Of a DNA stretch of 40,768 nt, positions 27,633 through 36,714 are shown piece after piece; the first letter of the stretch is position 1, and each line of letters opens with the position of its first letter. The notes under the pieces were generated by a model, which saw nothing but the letters and a program-made list of their open reading frames with translations, was not told where the DNA came from and did no database searches. A program made the position numbers and the translations under genes. The stretch comes from a virus (Duplodnaviria > Caudoviricetes): positions 1 through 40,768 of the IMG/VR virus record IMGVR_UViG_3300014657_000050; one strand, 5' to 3'.

Positions 27633-27669
27633 GCGAGCCTCCAAAAACATCCCATATTACTAGCACATG

Positions 27670-27796
27670 TTCCATCTGATCGCTGGAACCATTCGCCGGC
27701 GTTGACGCTCGCACCTTCGTCGTTTTCACATTCGACGAATTCACTGTGGGGTCCCGGTGCCGTTTCAAAAACGAAATCCAGATATTGTGTTCGCAT
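27670..27796 (-). pseudogene. truncated phage hypothetical protein
   Basis: MRTQYLDFVFETAPGP..FVECENDEGASVNAGEW resembles a small phage protein family and runs into IS DNA. Confidence 0.45.
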
Positions 27797-27811
27797 GGGA
27801 ATTATTCCTTT

Positions 27812-28093
27812 CATGCTTATCCGGTTGCCACACACGGCTCTAAATATTGTGTTTCAGAAAGCCACGCGCGTCCGTTAAAATCTGCGTTCGCGTCTCTGTC
27901 GCGGTCACACGGTTAGCTTCAATATCGCTTTCCATGAGAACGCAAAGTGAAGCCAGCGTGCTTTGTAGGTACAAAATTCTGTTTCGCAGTCGTTCATTCT
28001 CATCTGCAAACTCATCAATCTCGCTTGCTAATTCTTCAAACGCGCTCAACATTTCCTCTCTCCAAGTTTGTGTGAAACAACCGGATAAGCATG
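27812..28093 (-). mobile_element. 282-bp non-autonomous IS1595-type cassette (MIC/MITE)
   Basis: Perfect 16-bp IRs CATGCTTATCCGGTTG / CAACCGGATAAGCATG; 8-bp target duplication ATTCCTTT at 27804-27811 and 28094-28101. Confidence 0.9.
27840..28052 (-). CDS. 70-aa coiled-coil passenger protein
   Basis: GAGAGGA RBS; fills the cassette. Confidence 0.65.
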   Translation of the reverse strand: MLSAFEELASEIDEFADENERLRNRILYLQSTLASLCVLMESDIEANRVTATETRTQILTDARGFLKHNI

Positions 28094-28149
28094 ATTCCTT
28101 TGGTGCCTGATGGTGGTTGACCGAATCCGGTGCCAATCCCCCGAAGGCC

Positions 28150-28620
28150 CTATCGTGACCCATACAGCAGCTTGTTCAACCGCTGCATGTCCTCAAACAA
28201 CTGATCCCCGAAGCTGCGCACCACTGGCCGCGCCGCCTCTTCTTGTTCCTCGCGCGCCGTCTCTGCCGCGCGATCCGCGTGATAGCAGGCGAACCCATCC
28301 ACCGCGCCATAGAACTGATCGGTGAAGTCTTTCAGGTCCACGTCCGCCGTGGTGTTGGATTTCAGTTCGCGACCGCTGGCGAGCAGCGCCCGGTCAACGA
28401 TACGCGCCACGGCCACCCAATAATCCGCCAGCGCCTCGAACTCTTCGGCCTGCGCATTGACCGAGAGCGACGGCGCGCGCAGCCGCGTCAGTTCGTCGAT
28501 CATCACAGCGTGCGCGTTGGCGATCGCCCCCGGATCAAGTCCGGGGGTTACAGCACGAATGGTAGGTAAGTGCCTGAGCGGATCGGCGGTTTCGATGATG
28601 GTGTAGGGTTTGTCGGTCAT
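28150..28620 (-). CDS. hypothetical protein
   Basis: AGGAG RBS; phage-like codon usage. Confidence 0.7.
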   Translation of the reverse strand: MTDKPYTIIETADPLRHLPTIRAVTPGLDPGAIANAHAVMIDELTRLRAPSLSVNAQAEEFEALADYWVAVARIVDRALLASGRELKSNTTADVDLKDFTDQFYGAVDGFACYHADRAAETAREEQEEAARPVVRSFGDQLFEDMQRLNKLLYGSR

Positions 28621-28632
28621 GACGCGGAACTC

Positions 28633-28809
28633 CTAATTGTTGATCTGCAGCACTTCGCGGCGCTGTTCGATAAGGGCGTTGCGGCGGCTGATGAGCGCCT
28701 GCTTTTCCTTGAGCGTTTCAGCGCGGCGAATGTCGCGGCTAAGCGATTGGATCGCGCGAAACAGTTCCTCGGCTTCGTCGAAGTCGGCTTGTGTGACTGT
28801 GCGGATCAT
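28633..28809 (-). CDS. small coiled-coil protein
   Basis: Own translation: MIRTVTQADFDEAEELF...; ATGA coupling. Confidence 0.55.
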   Translation of the reverse strand: MIRTVTQADFDEAEELFRAIQSLSRDIRRAETLKEKQALISRRNALIEQRREVLQINN

Positions 28810-29036
28810 AGCGCCACCGGCCGATCTGCCCGCAACACGGGAGCCATCGAATAGCGGCCCTTCGGATCAATTTCTTCGACACCATCGCGCAGGCGAATTT
28901 TGCGCCGCGCTGTTCGGCCTTCGCTGGCAACTGTGATCATCTGCGCCGTGCGATGTGTCACGTTGTACACCCACATGCAATCGTGGTCGCAGATGGAGCG
29001 GCAGGAATAAGCTTTGCCGACTTGAAATTTGACCAT
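28806..29036 (-). CDS. conserved phage hypothetical protein
   Basis: FQVGKAYSCRSICDHDC...RTA...GRYSMAPVLRA; GGGGAG RBS. Confidence 0.75.
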   Translation of the reverse strand: MVKFQVGKAYSCRSICDHDCMWVYNVTHRTAQMITVASEGRTARRKIRLRDGVEEIDPKGRYSMAPVLRADRPVAL

Positions 29037-29063
29037 TTCACTCTCCCCGTTCAACTCACGCGC

Positions 29064-29094
29064 ATAATATTGCACTTTACCAATAAGCCGTCAA
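29064..29094 (-). promoter_or_regulatory. leftward sigma70-type promoter with TATTG-N8-CAATA palindrome
   Basis: -35 TTGACG (29094-29089), AT-rich -10 region, palindrome at 29068-29085. Confidence 0.55.
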
Positions 29095-29116
29095 GTCGCC
29101 GCTTATCTTGTCGAGA

Positions 29117-29299
29117 TTACCATGACTGCCGCTCTAACCCACAACAAGCAGGGCAGCGCCAACCTTTATTTGTTCTACACCAATCCCACAGCCGCGCCTG
29201 CGCTGCGGCAGCGCGCATGGTTGTTGCGCCTAGCGCCCTCTCTTCGCCACAAGAGCAGCGTATCCAATATTCAGGATAAATTTTACCGTTGAAGCTCAC
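29117..29299 (-). CDS. small Cys-rich protein
   Basis: AGGAG RBS, GTG start; CSC...CPAC. Confidence 0.5.
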   Translation of the reverse strand: MSFNGKIYPEYWIRCSCGEERALGATTMRAAAAQARLWDWCRTNKGWRCPACCGLERQSW

Positions 29300-29377
29300 T
29301 TCCTGCTCCTAACAAACTCTGTTGACCGAATCCGGCGCCCATCCCCCGAACACCCTCGCGTGATCCATCTAAAACTC

Positions 29378-29406
29378 TTGACGCCCTTGCAAATCTCCAA
29401 TAAAAC
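29378..29406 (+). promoter_or_regulatory. rightward sigma70-type promoter
   Basis: TTGACG-17 nt-TAAAAC, 7 nt before the Cro-like ATG (possibly leaderless). Confidence 0.55.
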
Positions 29407-29413
29407 ACCCGCC

Positions 29414-29623
29414 ATGTCAACCGCCCCCACCAACAAAAGCCCGCAGCAAGAGCTTCTGGAAGCCGTCGAAGCCTTCCTGCGCAAGCACAAAATGCGCGAT
29501 TACCTGTTCGGACGCCTGGCCGCCAACGATCCGCCGTTCGTCTACAGGTTGCGGCAAGGCCGCGAGCCGCGCTATGCGCTGCGCGAGAAAGTGTGGAAAT
29601 TCATGCGGGAGTACCGAGGATGA
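29414..29623 (+). CDS. Cro-like HTH regulator
   Basis: LLEAVEAFL...FGRLAANDPPFVYRLRQGREPR; first gene of the rightward operon. Confidence 0.8.
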   Translation: MSTAPTNKSPQQELLEAVEAFLRKHKMRDYLFGRLAANDPPFVYRLRQGREPRYALREKVWKFMREYRG

Positions 29624-29808
29624 TCCTGCTCGCTAAAGCTACCGATGCAGAACTTGCAGCAGCAGCGCGAGAGGCGGGGAACCGGCTCGAAGCGCTTTTC
29701 ATCGAGTTGGAAGCTCGCGGTTATCATCCGTCTTTCGACAGCGGTGGCATGTTTAGCGTGCCCCTTCGCCCCTTCCGGGTCTCGATCACCAAAGTCACAA
29801 GCCTATGA
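29620..29808 (+). CDS. hypothetical protein
   Basis: ATGA coupling on both sides. Confidence 0.55.
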   Translation: MILLAKATDAELAAAAREAGNRLEALFIELEARGYHPSFDSGGMFSVPLRPFRVSITKVTSL

Positions 29809-30539
29809 AAAAGCGCAAGAAACCCCTCCCCAACGGCCACCGCGCCATCATGGGCGATCGGGTGCATCCGAATGGCGCGCGGGACAATTTCCCGACGCCG
29901 CCGTGGAGCACGCGCGCCTTGTTCGAGCATGTATTTCCGTCCCCGCTGCAAAACCTCGGCAACTATCGAGTGTGGGAACCCGCCTGTGGCGCCGGGCACA
30001 TGGCGGAAGTATTGGGTGAGTATTTCGGAGAAGTATTCGCCACCGACAAGTATTCTTACCACTCTAACGGCAGGGAAGCGCCGTATTGGCTAGATCAAGT
30101 CGATTTTCTCAAGAGTAAACCCGGCGACATTATTCCGGACGATGTTGACTGGACCATCACAAACCCACCATTCGGCAAGCTTTCCGAGCTATTTATCCTC
30201 AAAGCTCTTGAGATTTCCCGCGTCGGCGTCGCCATGTTTCTGCGCTCCCAATGGCTCGAAACCGTGGGCCGCTACGAGCGCATCTTCAAGCCCCATCCCC
30301 CTGCCATCATTGCCCAATTCGCCGAGCGCGTGCCGTTGTGCAAGGGCCGCTGGAACCCGGACGGATCAACCGCGACCTCCTACTGCTGGGTCGTGTGGCT
30401 CAAGCGGCATTCCGGCCCGACGCAATTCATGTGGATACCGCCGGGCCAGCGCACAGCATTGACGCGCCCGGATGACCGTGTGAGATTTACCGCGCGGCCG
30501 GTATTGCCTGCGTCGCCTTCTGCGTCAGCCGCCGCTTAA
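29805..30539 (+). CDS. DNA amino (N6-adenine) methyltransferase
   Basis: FPTPPW, WEPACGAGHM (SAM binding) and TNPPF (catalytic). Confidence 0.9.
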   Translation: MKKRKKPLPNGHRAIMGDRVHPNGARDNFPTPPWSTRALFEHVFPSPLQNLGNYRVWEPACGAGHMAEVLGEYFGEVFATDKYSYHSNGREAPYWLDQVDFLKSKPGDIIPDDVDWTITNPPFGKLSELFILKALEISRVGVAMFLRSQWLETVGRYERIFKPHPPAIIAQFAERVPLCKGRWNPDGSTATSYCWVVWLKRHSGPTQFMWIPPGQRTALTRPDDRVRFTARPVLPASPSASAAA

Positions 30540-30590
30540 ATCTTCCTGTAAAATCACCGCGTTAACTGCCCTCCCTCATTGCGGGGACAG

Positions 30591-31388
30591 ATGCCGCGTT
30601 ACAACGGATATATCGCCAAGGCTCGTGCGAGCCTGACGCACCCAACCCTATGCCGGGGCAAATCAAAGCGCTTCGACCGGCGCAGCGCGCTTGATTGGCT
30701 GATCGCGGAAGCCGCCTGGCGCCCTGAGAACAAGCGCGGCGCCCATGGCCTCTTTCACTTGGCCAGGGGACAATTGTGCATAACTATCCGCGAACTGTGC
30801 ACAGTTTGGCACTGGCCGCGCTCCACCGTGCATCGGTTCTTGAAGGAGTTGACACGAGAATCGACCATTTCCGTAAGACAAATTCGCGCCGGCTCTAAAA
30901 TGGGACAAAACTTGGGACAAACTTCGCCTGAACTTCCGCTGCAAGCCGGTTGGGCCCGATCCCTCATAACTCTTTGCAATTACGACAAATATCAAAGGTC
31001 GTCCACAGCCGCATCACAAACCCGTGATAATGGCATGGAACAAACTCTTGAATCAACCCAAACGGCCACAATTCGCGAACCCATTCCGATTCAACGAGAA
31101 ATGGCCGCAGGCATCGGCCTTGTGCATTCCCCAACCACTTTAACCAACCCTAGACCTATAGACTCCAGCACGAAAGGACGGCCCAGAAACGGCAAACGCC
31201 CCCGGCACGGCCAGCGGTGGCGAGAGATGATCTGGCTTGCCGAAGGCACCGAAGAATGGCAGAGCCATGCCGCTGACTACGAGGCTGTCCGAGGAAGAAA
31301 GCCAAGCTCCGTCCAATATTACGACGGGGTTTGCGGCCAATGGTTCGTAGTGACAGGGGAAGCCCACCGAATAAGGCGTGTCTCATGA
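30591..31388 (+). CDS. phage replication initiator-like HTH protein
   Basis: WLIAEAAW..LARGQL...WHWPRSTVHRFL...ITLCNYDKYQ. Confidence 0.7.
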   Translation: MPRYNGYIAKARASLTHPTLCRGKSKRFDRRSALDWLIAEAAWRPENKRGAHGLFHLARGQLCITIRELCTVWHWPRSTVHRFLKELTRESTISVRQIRAGSKMGQNLGQTSPELPLQAGWARSLITLCNYDKYQRSSTAASQTRDNGMEQTLESTQTATIREPIPIQREMAAGIGLVHSPTTLTNPRPIDSSTKGRPRNGKRPRHGQRWREMIWLAEGTEEWQSHAADYEAVRGRKPSSVQYYDGVCGQWFVVTGEAHRIRRVS

Positions 31389-31558
31389 CCGCATCCGCCT
31401 TGCGCGATCGGCCTGCCTCTCCCTCTCGGCGAGAGGATCGCGGCCGCTTAAGCGAGTTCGCCAGCGCGAAGCTGCGGCGCCGCTATGCCCAAAAGCCAAC
31501 CACGGAATCCAAGGCCCGCGACCAAGCCATCATGGGCGAGCGCAACGACGACGAATAA
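31385..31558 (+). CDS. hypothetical protein
   Basis: ATGA coupling. Confidence 0.4.
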   Translation: MTASALRDRPASPSRREDRGRLSEFASAKLRRRYAQKPTTESKARDQAIMGERNDDE

Positions 31559-31579
31559 TTCACAACGGGGAGGTTCTAC

Positions 31580-32155
31580 TTGGATCAGCAATGGTACGTG
31601 CTGCAACTTCAACCGAATCGCGAGCGCGCCGCAGCCGCTTGGCTCAACCCGTCAAAGCTCGACATCGAACGCGCCAAGTCGATCTCCGATAGGCTCGGAA
31701 ACTACATCGCGCAGCGGGCTTTCGGGCTCTATGTGCCGCTGAAACGCGAGAAAACGACGAGGGGCATCCGTCGGCAGAAGATCGTGGTCACCCGCCCGCT
31801 GTTTCCCGGCTACGGCTTTGTGCCGATCAATTTTTCTGTGGACGGCCATCGGCTCAATGCGCTTGAGAACGCGCCGGGCGTGATCGGCTTTGTGCAGTTC
31901 GCCCAGCAGCTCGCCACCATCAGTGCTGCGGTGATGGCCCGCATTCGCGGCACGGAATCCGCCGCTTTGATCCCGCGCACCAAGGCCAGCGCCTTTGCGG
32001 TCGGCGAGCAGGTGCAACTCAACGAAGGCCCACTCCAAGGCCAATCCGCCACAATCGAGCGGCTTGACGATACCGACAAAGTCGGCATACTGGTGCACAT
32101 CTTCGGAACCAAGACCCGCGTAACGGTTGATTGTGACAGTTTGAGTAAGCCCTGA
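31580..32155 (+). CDS. NusG-family transcription antitermination factor
   Basis: WYVL..PNRE, PLFPGYGFV, PGVIGFV and a KOW motif GEQVQLNEGPLQG; GGGGAGG RBS. Confidence 0.9.
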   Translation: MDQQWYVLQLQPNRERAAAAWLNPSKLDIERAKSISDRLGNYIAQRAFGLYVPLKREKTTRGIRRQKIVVTRPLFPGYGFVPINFSVDGHRLNALENAPGVIGFVQFAQQLATISAAVMARIRGTESAALIPRTKASAFAVGEQVQLNEGPLQGQSATIERLDDTDKVGILVHIFGTKTRVTVDCDSLSKP

Positions 32156-32389
32156 GACTTTCACACAATTTTGCGCGTGCGGTCGGTGAGACACCCGGCA
32201 GCAAGTTGCTGCCAACCTGCTTGGCAAGCGGGGCGGGACTCGAAAAAAAATCGAGTCTCATTGCTGGGGGATTGCGTCCAGAGTTATGTACACCAAGTAC
32301 GAGCGTTGGCACGACCAAATTGTGGCGCGGGCCCGTCAGCGCAAAATAAAGCACGGTTATTTCGAGCGTCACGGACGAAAGCGCAAATA

Positions 32390-32974
32390 ATGCCCGAAAT
32401 CACCTTCACCTGCAGCGACGAGGATGCCGCCTGGCTCGCCGAACAGGCCGAGCAGCTTGGCATCGATGATATCGGCATCACCGTGCGCGTGGTGGTGCGC
32501 AACGCCCGGCAGCGCAATCAGAGCTTTGGAATTGTGGCAAATGGCGACGATGCTCGATTGGCGCTGGCGCAGCATTATCCGCATCGGCCTTCGAGCGCCA
32601 CCGTTCACGTCAACCCAGCCTTCGAAGCCCAAGGCGCGCCCGTTGAGAACCCACCAGCGCCGGAATTGCCCGACGAGGTCGAAGCGGCGCTCGCCGACGC
32701 TGCCGAGACAATCCCCAAGGCGCAACTCACCGAAACGCGCGTCGCGCCCATCGCCATGGCGCAACCGTCATCGAGCTACCGCAGCCGCGCGGCAACGCTC
32801 CGCAACCAGCCAGCGCTGCGCGTGCTCGACGGACCCGGCAGCCGCACCCAGGTTGTGGGCGCCGGCGAACTGCTCAGCGCCGATCCGCGCACATTGCCCG
32901 CCGATCAGCGCATCGTAGCGCAAAACCTGCGCGGGCAGATGGACCGGCACTTCGGGGGCTTGCGCCGAGGCTAG
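32390..32974 (+). CDS. hypothetical protein (possible N-terminal ribbon-helix-helix)
   Basis: Long ORF with phage-like codon usage at the start of the late region. Confidence 0.6.
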   Translation: MPEITFTCSDEDAAWLAEQAEQLGIDDIGITVRVVVRNARQRNQSFGIVANGDDARLALAQHYPHRPSSATVHVNPAFEAQGAPVENPPAPELPDEVEAALADAAETIPKAQLTETRVAPIAMAQPSSSYRSRAATLRNQPALRVLDGPGSRTQVVGAGELLSADPRTLPADQRIVAQNLRGQMDRHFGGLRRG

Positions 32975-33005
32975 ACTCTGCCGCATTTCGTGTTATGTTC
33001 CACGT

Positions 33006-33668
33006 ATGAATGCGCCACTCGCCACCATAACCGAGAAACTGAATCCGACTGGAATCAAGGTCGAGTTTTCCGTCAAGGGAACTGTGGCCAAACAGCGGCG
33101 CGAGCGCTTTTGTCAACTGCTGGTCCAGTACCGTTCCGAGGGCTTGAGCGAAGCCAACGGCGGCAAGATCGTCGCCAAGGATATTCGCACCCGTGCCTAT
33201 CGTGATGCAGGCTTGGGCCGAGGCGGCGGCGCGCGAGGCTCATCGGACGAACATAACGCGCGGCGGCTGTCGAATGAGCCCGATGTCAAGGCCCGTTGCG
33301 CCCAGATCATGCTGCAGGAAGCCGAGCAAATCGGCCTTTCCGCTGGTGCCGTGCTGCTGGAAATGGCACGCCTTGCGCACGCCAATCTGCACGACCTGTT
33401 CAAGCGCGACGAGCATGGCAACGTGGTGCCGATCTTCGATCCGTCACGCCCAATCACACGGGAACTGTCCGCTGCGGTGCAGGAAGTCGGCTTCGACAGC
33501 AAGGGGCGCCCGAAGATCAAGCTGCACGACAAGGCCGGCGTGCTGCGCGACCTCGCCAAAATCCTTGAACTGTTCCGCGACGGCGGCGATACCAACGTGC
33601 AAGTTAACAACATCGGCTTAGGGGATCGGCTTGACAGCGCCATCAGACGGATCGGAACCGCTGCGTAA
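33006..33668 (+). CDS. terS: terminase small subunit
   Basis: RAYRDAG...ARRLSNEPDVKAR...VLLEMARLA...KIKLHDKAGVLRDLAKIL; upstream of TerL. Confidence 0.85.
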   Translation: MNAPLATITEKLNPTGIKVEFSVKGTVAKQRRERFCQLLVQYRSEGLSEANGGKIVAKDIRTRAYRDAGLGRGGGARGSSDEHNARRLSNEPDVKARCAQIMLQEAEQIGLSAGAVLLEMARLAHANLHDLFKRDEHGNVVPIFDPSRPITRELSAAVQEVGFDSKGRPKIKLHDKAGVLRDLAKILELFRDGGDTNVQVNNIGLGDRLDSAIRRIGTAA

Positions 33669-33741
33669 TGGTTATAGCGACCACCATGCGCTTGCCGATC
33701 GTGATTGGATTGTTACTGGTGAGCCAATTACGGCGGCGGAT

Positions 33742-34158
33742 ATGGCGCACGGCGTATTTCCAGTGGGCAAGCCGACGAAGATTTGCGAGCCCCTTTTCAA
33801 AGCCGGCGACCTAGTTCCCGACACAGCGACGTGGCCGCGTGATCCGTATGGCGTGCACGAATTGATGATACAAAAGGGCCATATGGGCGCCTACGAGTTG
33901 GAGCAGCGCATTTCGGAGGTAAAAACCGAGAATTTGGAACCGCTGCGTGAAGCGGACATAAACGAAATTGTACGGATTGTTGTTGCGCGACGAGCAATCT
34001 TGCTTGAAAATGCCGTTGACCGATTGTTGTCTGAACCCAATGCAGTCCAACGCATGATCGATTTCCTCGTGCCGCGCGCCTATCTGCCGCCGCCGTTCGA
34101 TGTTGAGGCTTTAGTCCGCAACATGCTGGAAGCCGCCAAGGTGCCAAAAGGGGAATGA
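33742..34158 (+). CDS. hypothetical protein
   Basis: ORF between terS and the GcrA-like gene; lower GC; start uncertain. Confidence 0.45.
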   Translation: MAHGVFPVGKPTKICEPLFKAGDLVPDTATWPRDPYGVHELMIQKGHMGAYELEQRISEVKTENLEPLREADINEIVRIVVARRAILLENAVDRLLSEPNAVQRMIDFLVPRAYLPPPFDVEALVRNMLEAAKVPKGE

Positions 34159-34282
34159 GGCTTTTGGCGACCGCGATTGCGCTGCTGGCATTGATGCAGC
34201 CGCTCGCCGCCCAGCACTACCACGGCGAATGCTGGCATTGCGGCAAGGAGTGGTGTTGTTCGTAAGCGGGGAGGGTGAAGCA

Positions 34283-34654
34283 ATGGCACCGGCACGACGG
34301 TGGAGCGAAGCGGAGGACGAAATCCTCGCGAACTTGTGGCCGCGTCTGAGCGCAAGCAAAATCGGTGCGGTGCTTGGTGTGTCGCGCCACGCCGTTATCG
34401 GCCGCTACCACCGGCTGATCGGCACAAGCTTCCCAAGCGACGCCGAACGTCAAGGCCGCGCCACCCGCGCCAAAATCCAGCGGCACCAAGGAACTATCGC
34501 GCGCCGTCTGGCACAAGCCGAAGAAATCGCAATGTGGCGTGCAGCGGGCTATCAATACTGGCGGATCGGCCAGATTTTGGGCGTGAGCGAAAGCGCAGCT
34601 TGGCGGCGCGAGCAGCGCGCACGATTGCATGAACACAGCGACAGTCGGCGCTGA
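34283..34654 (+). CDS. GcrA-like HTH regulator
   Basis: WSEAEDEILANLW..LSASKIGAVLGVSRHAVIGRYHRL, plus a second HTH-like segment. Confidence 0.75.
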   Translation: MAPARRWSEAEDEILANLWPRLSASKIGAVLGVSRHAVIGRYHRLIGTSFPSDAERQGRATRAKIQRHQGTIARRLAQAEEIAMWRAAGYQYWRIGQILGVSESAAWRREQRARLHEHSDSRR

Positions 34655-36200
34655 GTTCAAGCCGCTCGATACCGAAAGTCGTCTTCTCCAGCTCGCGGCA
34701 GCGCTGCGCCACGATCCGGTCAAATACGTCCAGGCCGCTTATCCCTGGGCCGAACCATTCTCGCCGCTCGCCGAGCATCCAGGCCCGGACACCTGGCAGA
34801 CCGAAATCCTCGCCTACATTCGCGACAACATCGGCGGGCGAGGTCTAAGCGCGCAAGGCAAGCCGCTCCGCATTGCCGTGGCGGGTGGCGTCGGGCCCGG
34901 CAAATCCGCTGTCGGCGCGTGGGTGGTCGATTGGGGTATGACCACCTGTGTCGATACCCGCGTGCGCATCACCGCCAACACCGGGCCGCAGATCTCGACC
35001 GCCACTTGGCCGGAAGTCTCCAAGTGGCGGCGCATGAGCCTGTGGTCGCATTGGTTTGAGCCCGGCGAACGGCGTTTCCGTTCGGTCGATCCGCTGCGGA
35101 AGGACAGTTGGCGCGCTGACGCGATCACCTGGGACGAGCACAAGCCGGAAGCCTTCGCGGGTTTCCATAACGCCGGCCGGCGCATCATCTATCTGTTCGA
35201 CGAGAGCGCCGCGATCGCCAAGCCGATCTTCGACGAGAGCCAGGGCATCCTGTCCGGCGCCGAGAACACCGAAATCATCTGGCTATGCCTCGGTAACCCG
35301 ACACGCACCGATACCGAGTTCCGCACGTTCTTTCCGGGCGGCAAGAATACCGGATTGTGGAAGTCGTTTCAGATCGACACGCGCACCGCGCGTATGTCGG
35401 ACAAGAAGCAAATCCAGGAGTGGATCGACAGTTATGGCATCGAAAGCGATTTCGTTCGTGTCCGGGTGCTGTCGCAGTTTCCGCGCGTTTCCTCGACGCA
35501 ATTCATTCCGGCTGACTTGGTGGAGGCTGCCGCCAGTCCCGCTCGCGACGTATCTGGAACCATTTACGATCCACTTATCGTCGGCGTTGACGTGGCACGC
35601 TTCGGCGACGATCAAACGGTGGTCTGGTTCCGACGCGGCCTTGATGCCCGCTCGATCCCGCCGTTGAAATTCCGTGGCCTTGACAATGTGCAAGTTGCCG
35701 CTCGGCTGGGTGAGGTCAACGAGGTCCATCGCCCCGATGCGATCTTCATCGACGACGGCGGCATAGGCGCAGGCGTGGTCGATATCTGCCGCCAACGCGC
35801 CATGCCGGTCACCGCAGTCTCGTTCGCAGGCTCGCCGGACAAGCTCAATCTCAATCGTTCCGGCGCCGTGCGCTACGGCAACAAGCGCATGGAAATGTGG
35901 CAGACGATGAAGGATTGGCTGACGTATGGGGCGATCGCCGATGATGTCGAGCTCAAAGCCGAACTTCCGGCGGTGCAATATGGCTATGTCGCCCTGCACG
36001 GCAATGAGTGCATCATCCTCGAAAAGAAAGAGGACATGAAGAAGCGCGGGCTGTCGAGCCCAGATTGCGGTGACGCGCTGGCGTTAACGTTCGCCTATCC
36101 GATTGGGCAGAGCGATCATAGCGACAAGCTGAGGCCAAAGCGCAAAGACGAATCTCCCGAATATTCGCCTTTTGCCGAGATGTTCAAGGTTCGACGATGA
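34629..36200 (+). CDS. terL: terminase large subunit
   Basis: GGVGPGKS, LFDESAAI, GNPTR, GVDVARFGDD and SPDCGDAL motifs. Confidence 0.95.
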   Translation: MNTATVGAEFKPLDTESRLLQLAAALRHDPVKYVQAAYPWAEPFSPLAEHPGPDTWQTEILAYIRDNIGGRGLSAQGKPLRIAVAGGVGPGKSAVGAWVVDWGMTTCVDTRVRITANTGPQISTATWPEVSKWRRMSLWSHWFEPGERRFRSVDPLRKDSWRADAITWDEHKPEAFAGFHNAGRRIIYLFDESAAIAKPIFDESQGILSGAENTEIIWLCLGNPTRTDTEFRTFFPGGKNTGLWKSFQIDTRTARMSDKKQIQEWIDSYGIESDFVRVRVLSQFPRVSSTQFIPADLVEAAASPARDVSGTIYDPLIVGVDVARFGDDQTVVWFRRGLDARSIPPLKFRGLDNVQVAARLGEVNEVHRPDAIFIDDGGIGAGVVDICRQRAMPVTAVSFAGSPDKLNLNRSGAVRYGNKRMEMWQTMKDWLTYGAIADDVELKAELPAVQYGYVALHGNECIILEKKEDMKKRGLSSPDCGDALALTFAYPIGQSDHSDKLRPKRKDESPEYSPFAEMFKVRR

Positions 36201-36460
36201 CCGACGAGCGCGCCGAATTCATCAACCGTGTGATGGCCCACCGCTACGGCATTAAATATGACGCCGACGGAAAGCCTATGCTCGCCCCGCAAGAGCGCTG
36301 GGACTACGGCGAGAAGCGCAAGGCACTGACCAACGAGTTGATGCACATGAGCGCCCAGCAGCTTGTTTATCTGCGGCTGGACATGGAATTAGCGGCGATT
36401 GTGGCCGAGGGCTATGCCAACGCCGAGACCTATGACCCATTGGGGTTTGCGAAGCACTGA
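36197..36460 (+). CDS. hypothetical protein
   Basis: Coupled to terL; ends YDPL. Confidence 0.6.
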   Translation: MTDERAEFINRVMAHRYGIKYDADGKPMLAPQERWDYGEKRKALTNELMHMSAQQLVYLRLDMELAAIVAEGYANAETYDPLGFAKH

Positions 36461-36714
36461 TGGGCTCGCTGCCAGCTTTTACGAACTTCTTCAACACCGC
36501 GCCGCCGCCGGTGCCGCTGGGTGGTGGCCTCTCGCTGGCGCTGCCGCCGCCTGACTATGGTGCAAAACAATTGGGAGCTGCTATTGGTGCAAACACTGGA
36601 CAATCCACCCGCGCCGCGGCGGCGCCCGCCGGGCGCTACGGCCTCGTTCCGACCACTGGAACCCAACAAGGCCAGCCGCCGGGCGGTAGTCCTGGCTTTA
36701 AGCTGTTGACCTGA
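36460..36714 (+). CDS. small Pro/Gly-rich putative virion protein
   Basis: TGATG coupling; resembles the next gene. Confidence 0.55.
   Translation: MGSLPAFTNFFNTAPPPVPLGGGLSLALPPPDYGAKQLGAAIGANTGQSTRAAAAPAGRYGLVPTTGTQQGQPPGGSPGFKLLT

Larger units (their letters stand above)
26929..27670 (-). mobile_element. defective IS1595-family element (one end, internally deleted transposase, one passenger)
   Basis: End CATGCTTATCCGGTT at 26929 sits next to the transposase stop. The upstream boundary near 27670 is approximate and has no matching IR. Confidence 0.7.

Noticed and set aside
26929-28093. One composite IS using the outermost IRs
   Set aside because: The outer flanks (GTAGATTT vs ATTCCTTT) differ, while the inner 282-bp unit has a perfect 8-bp duplication.
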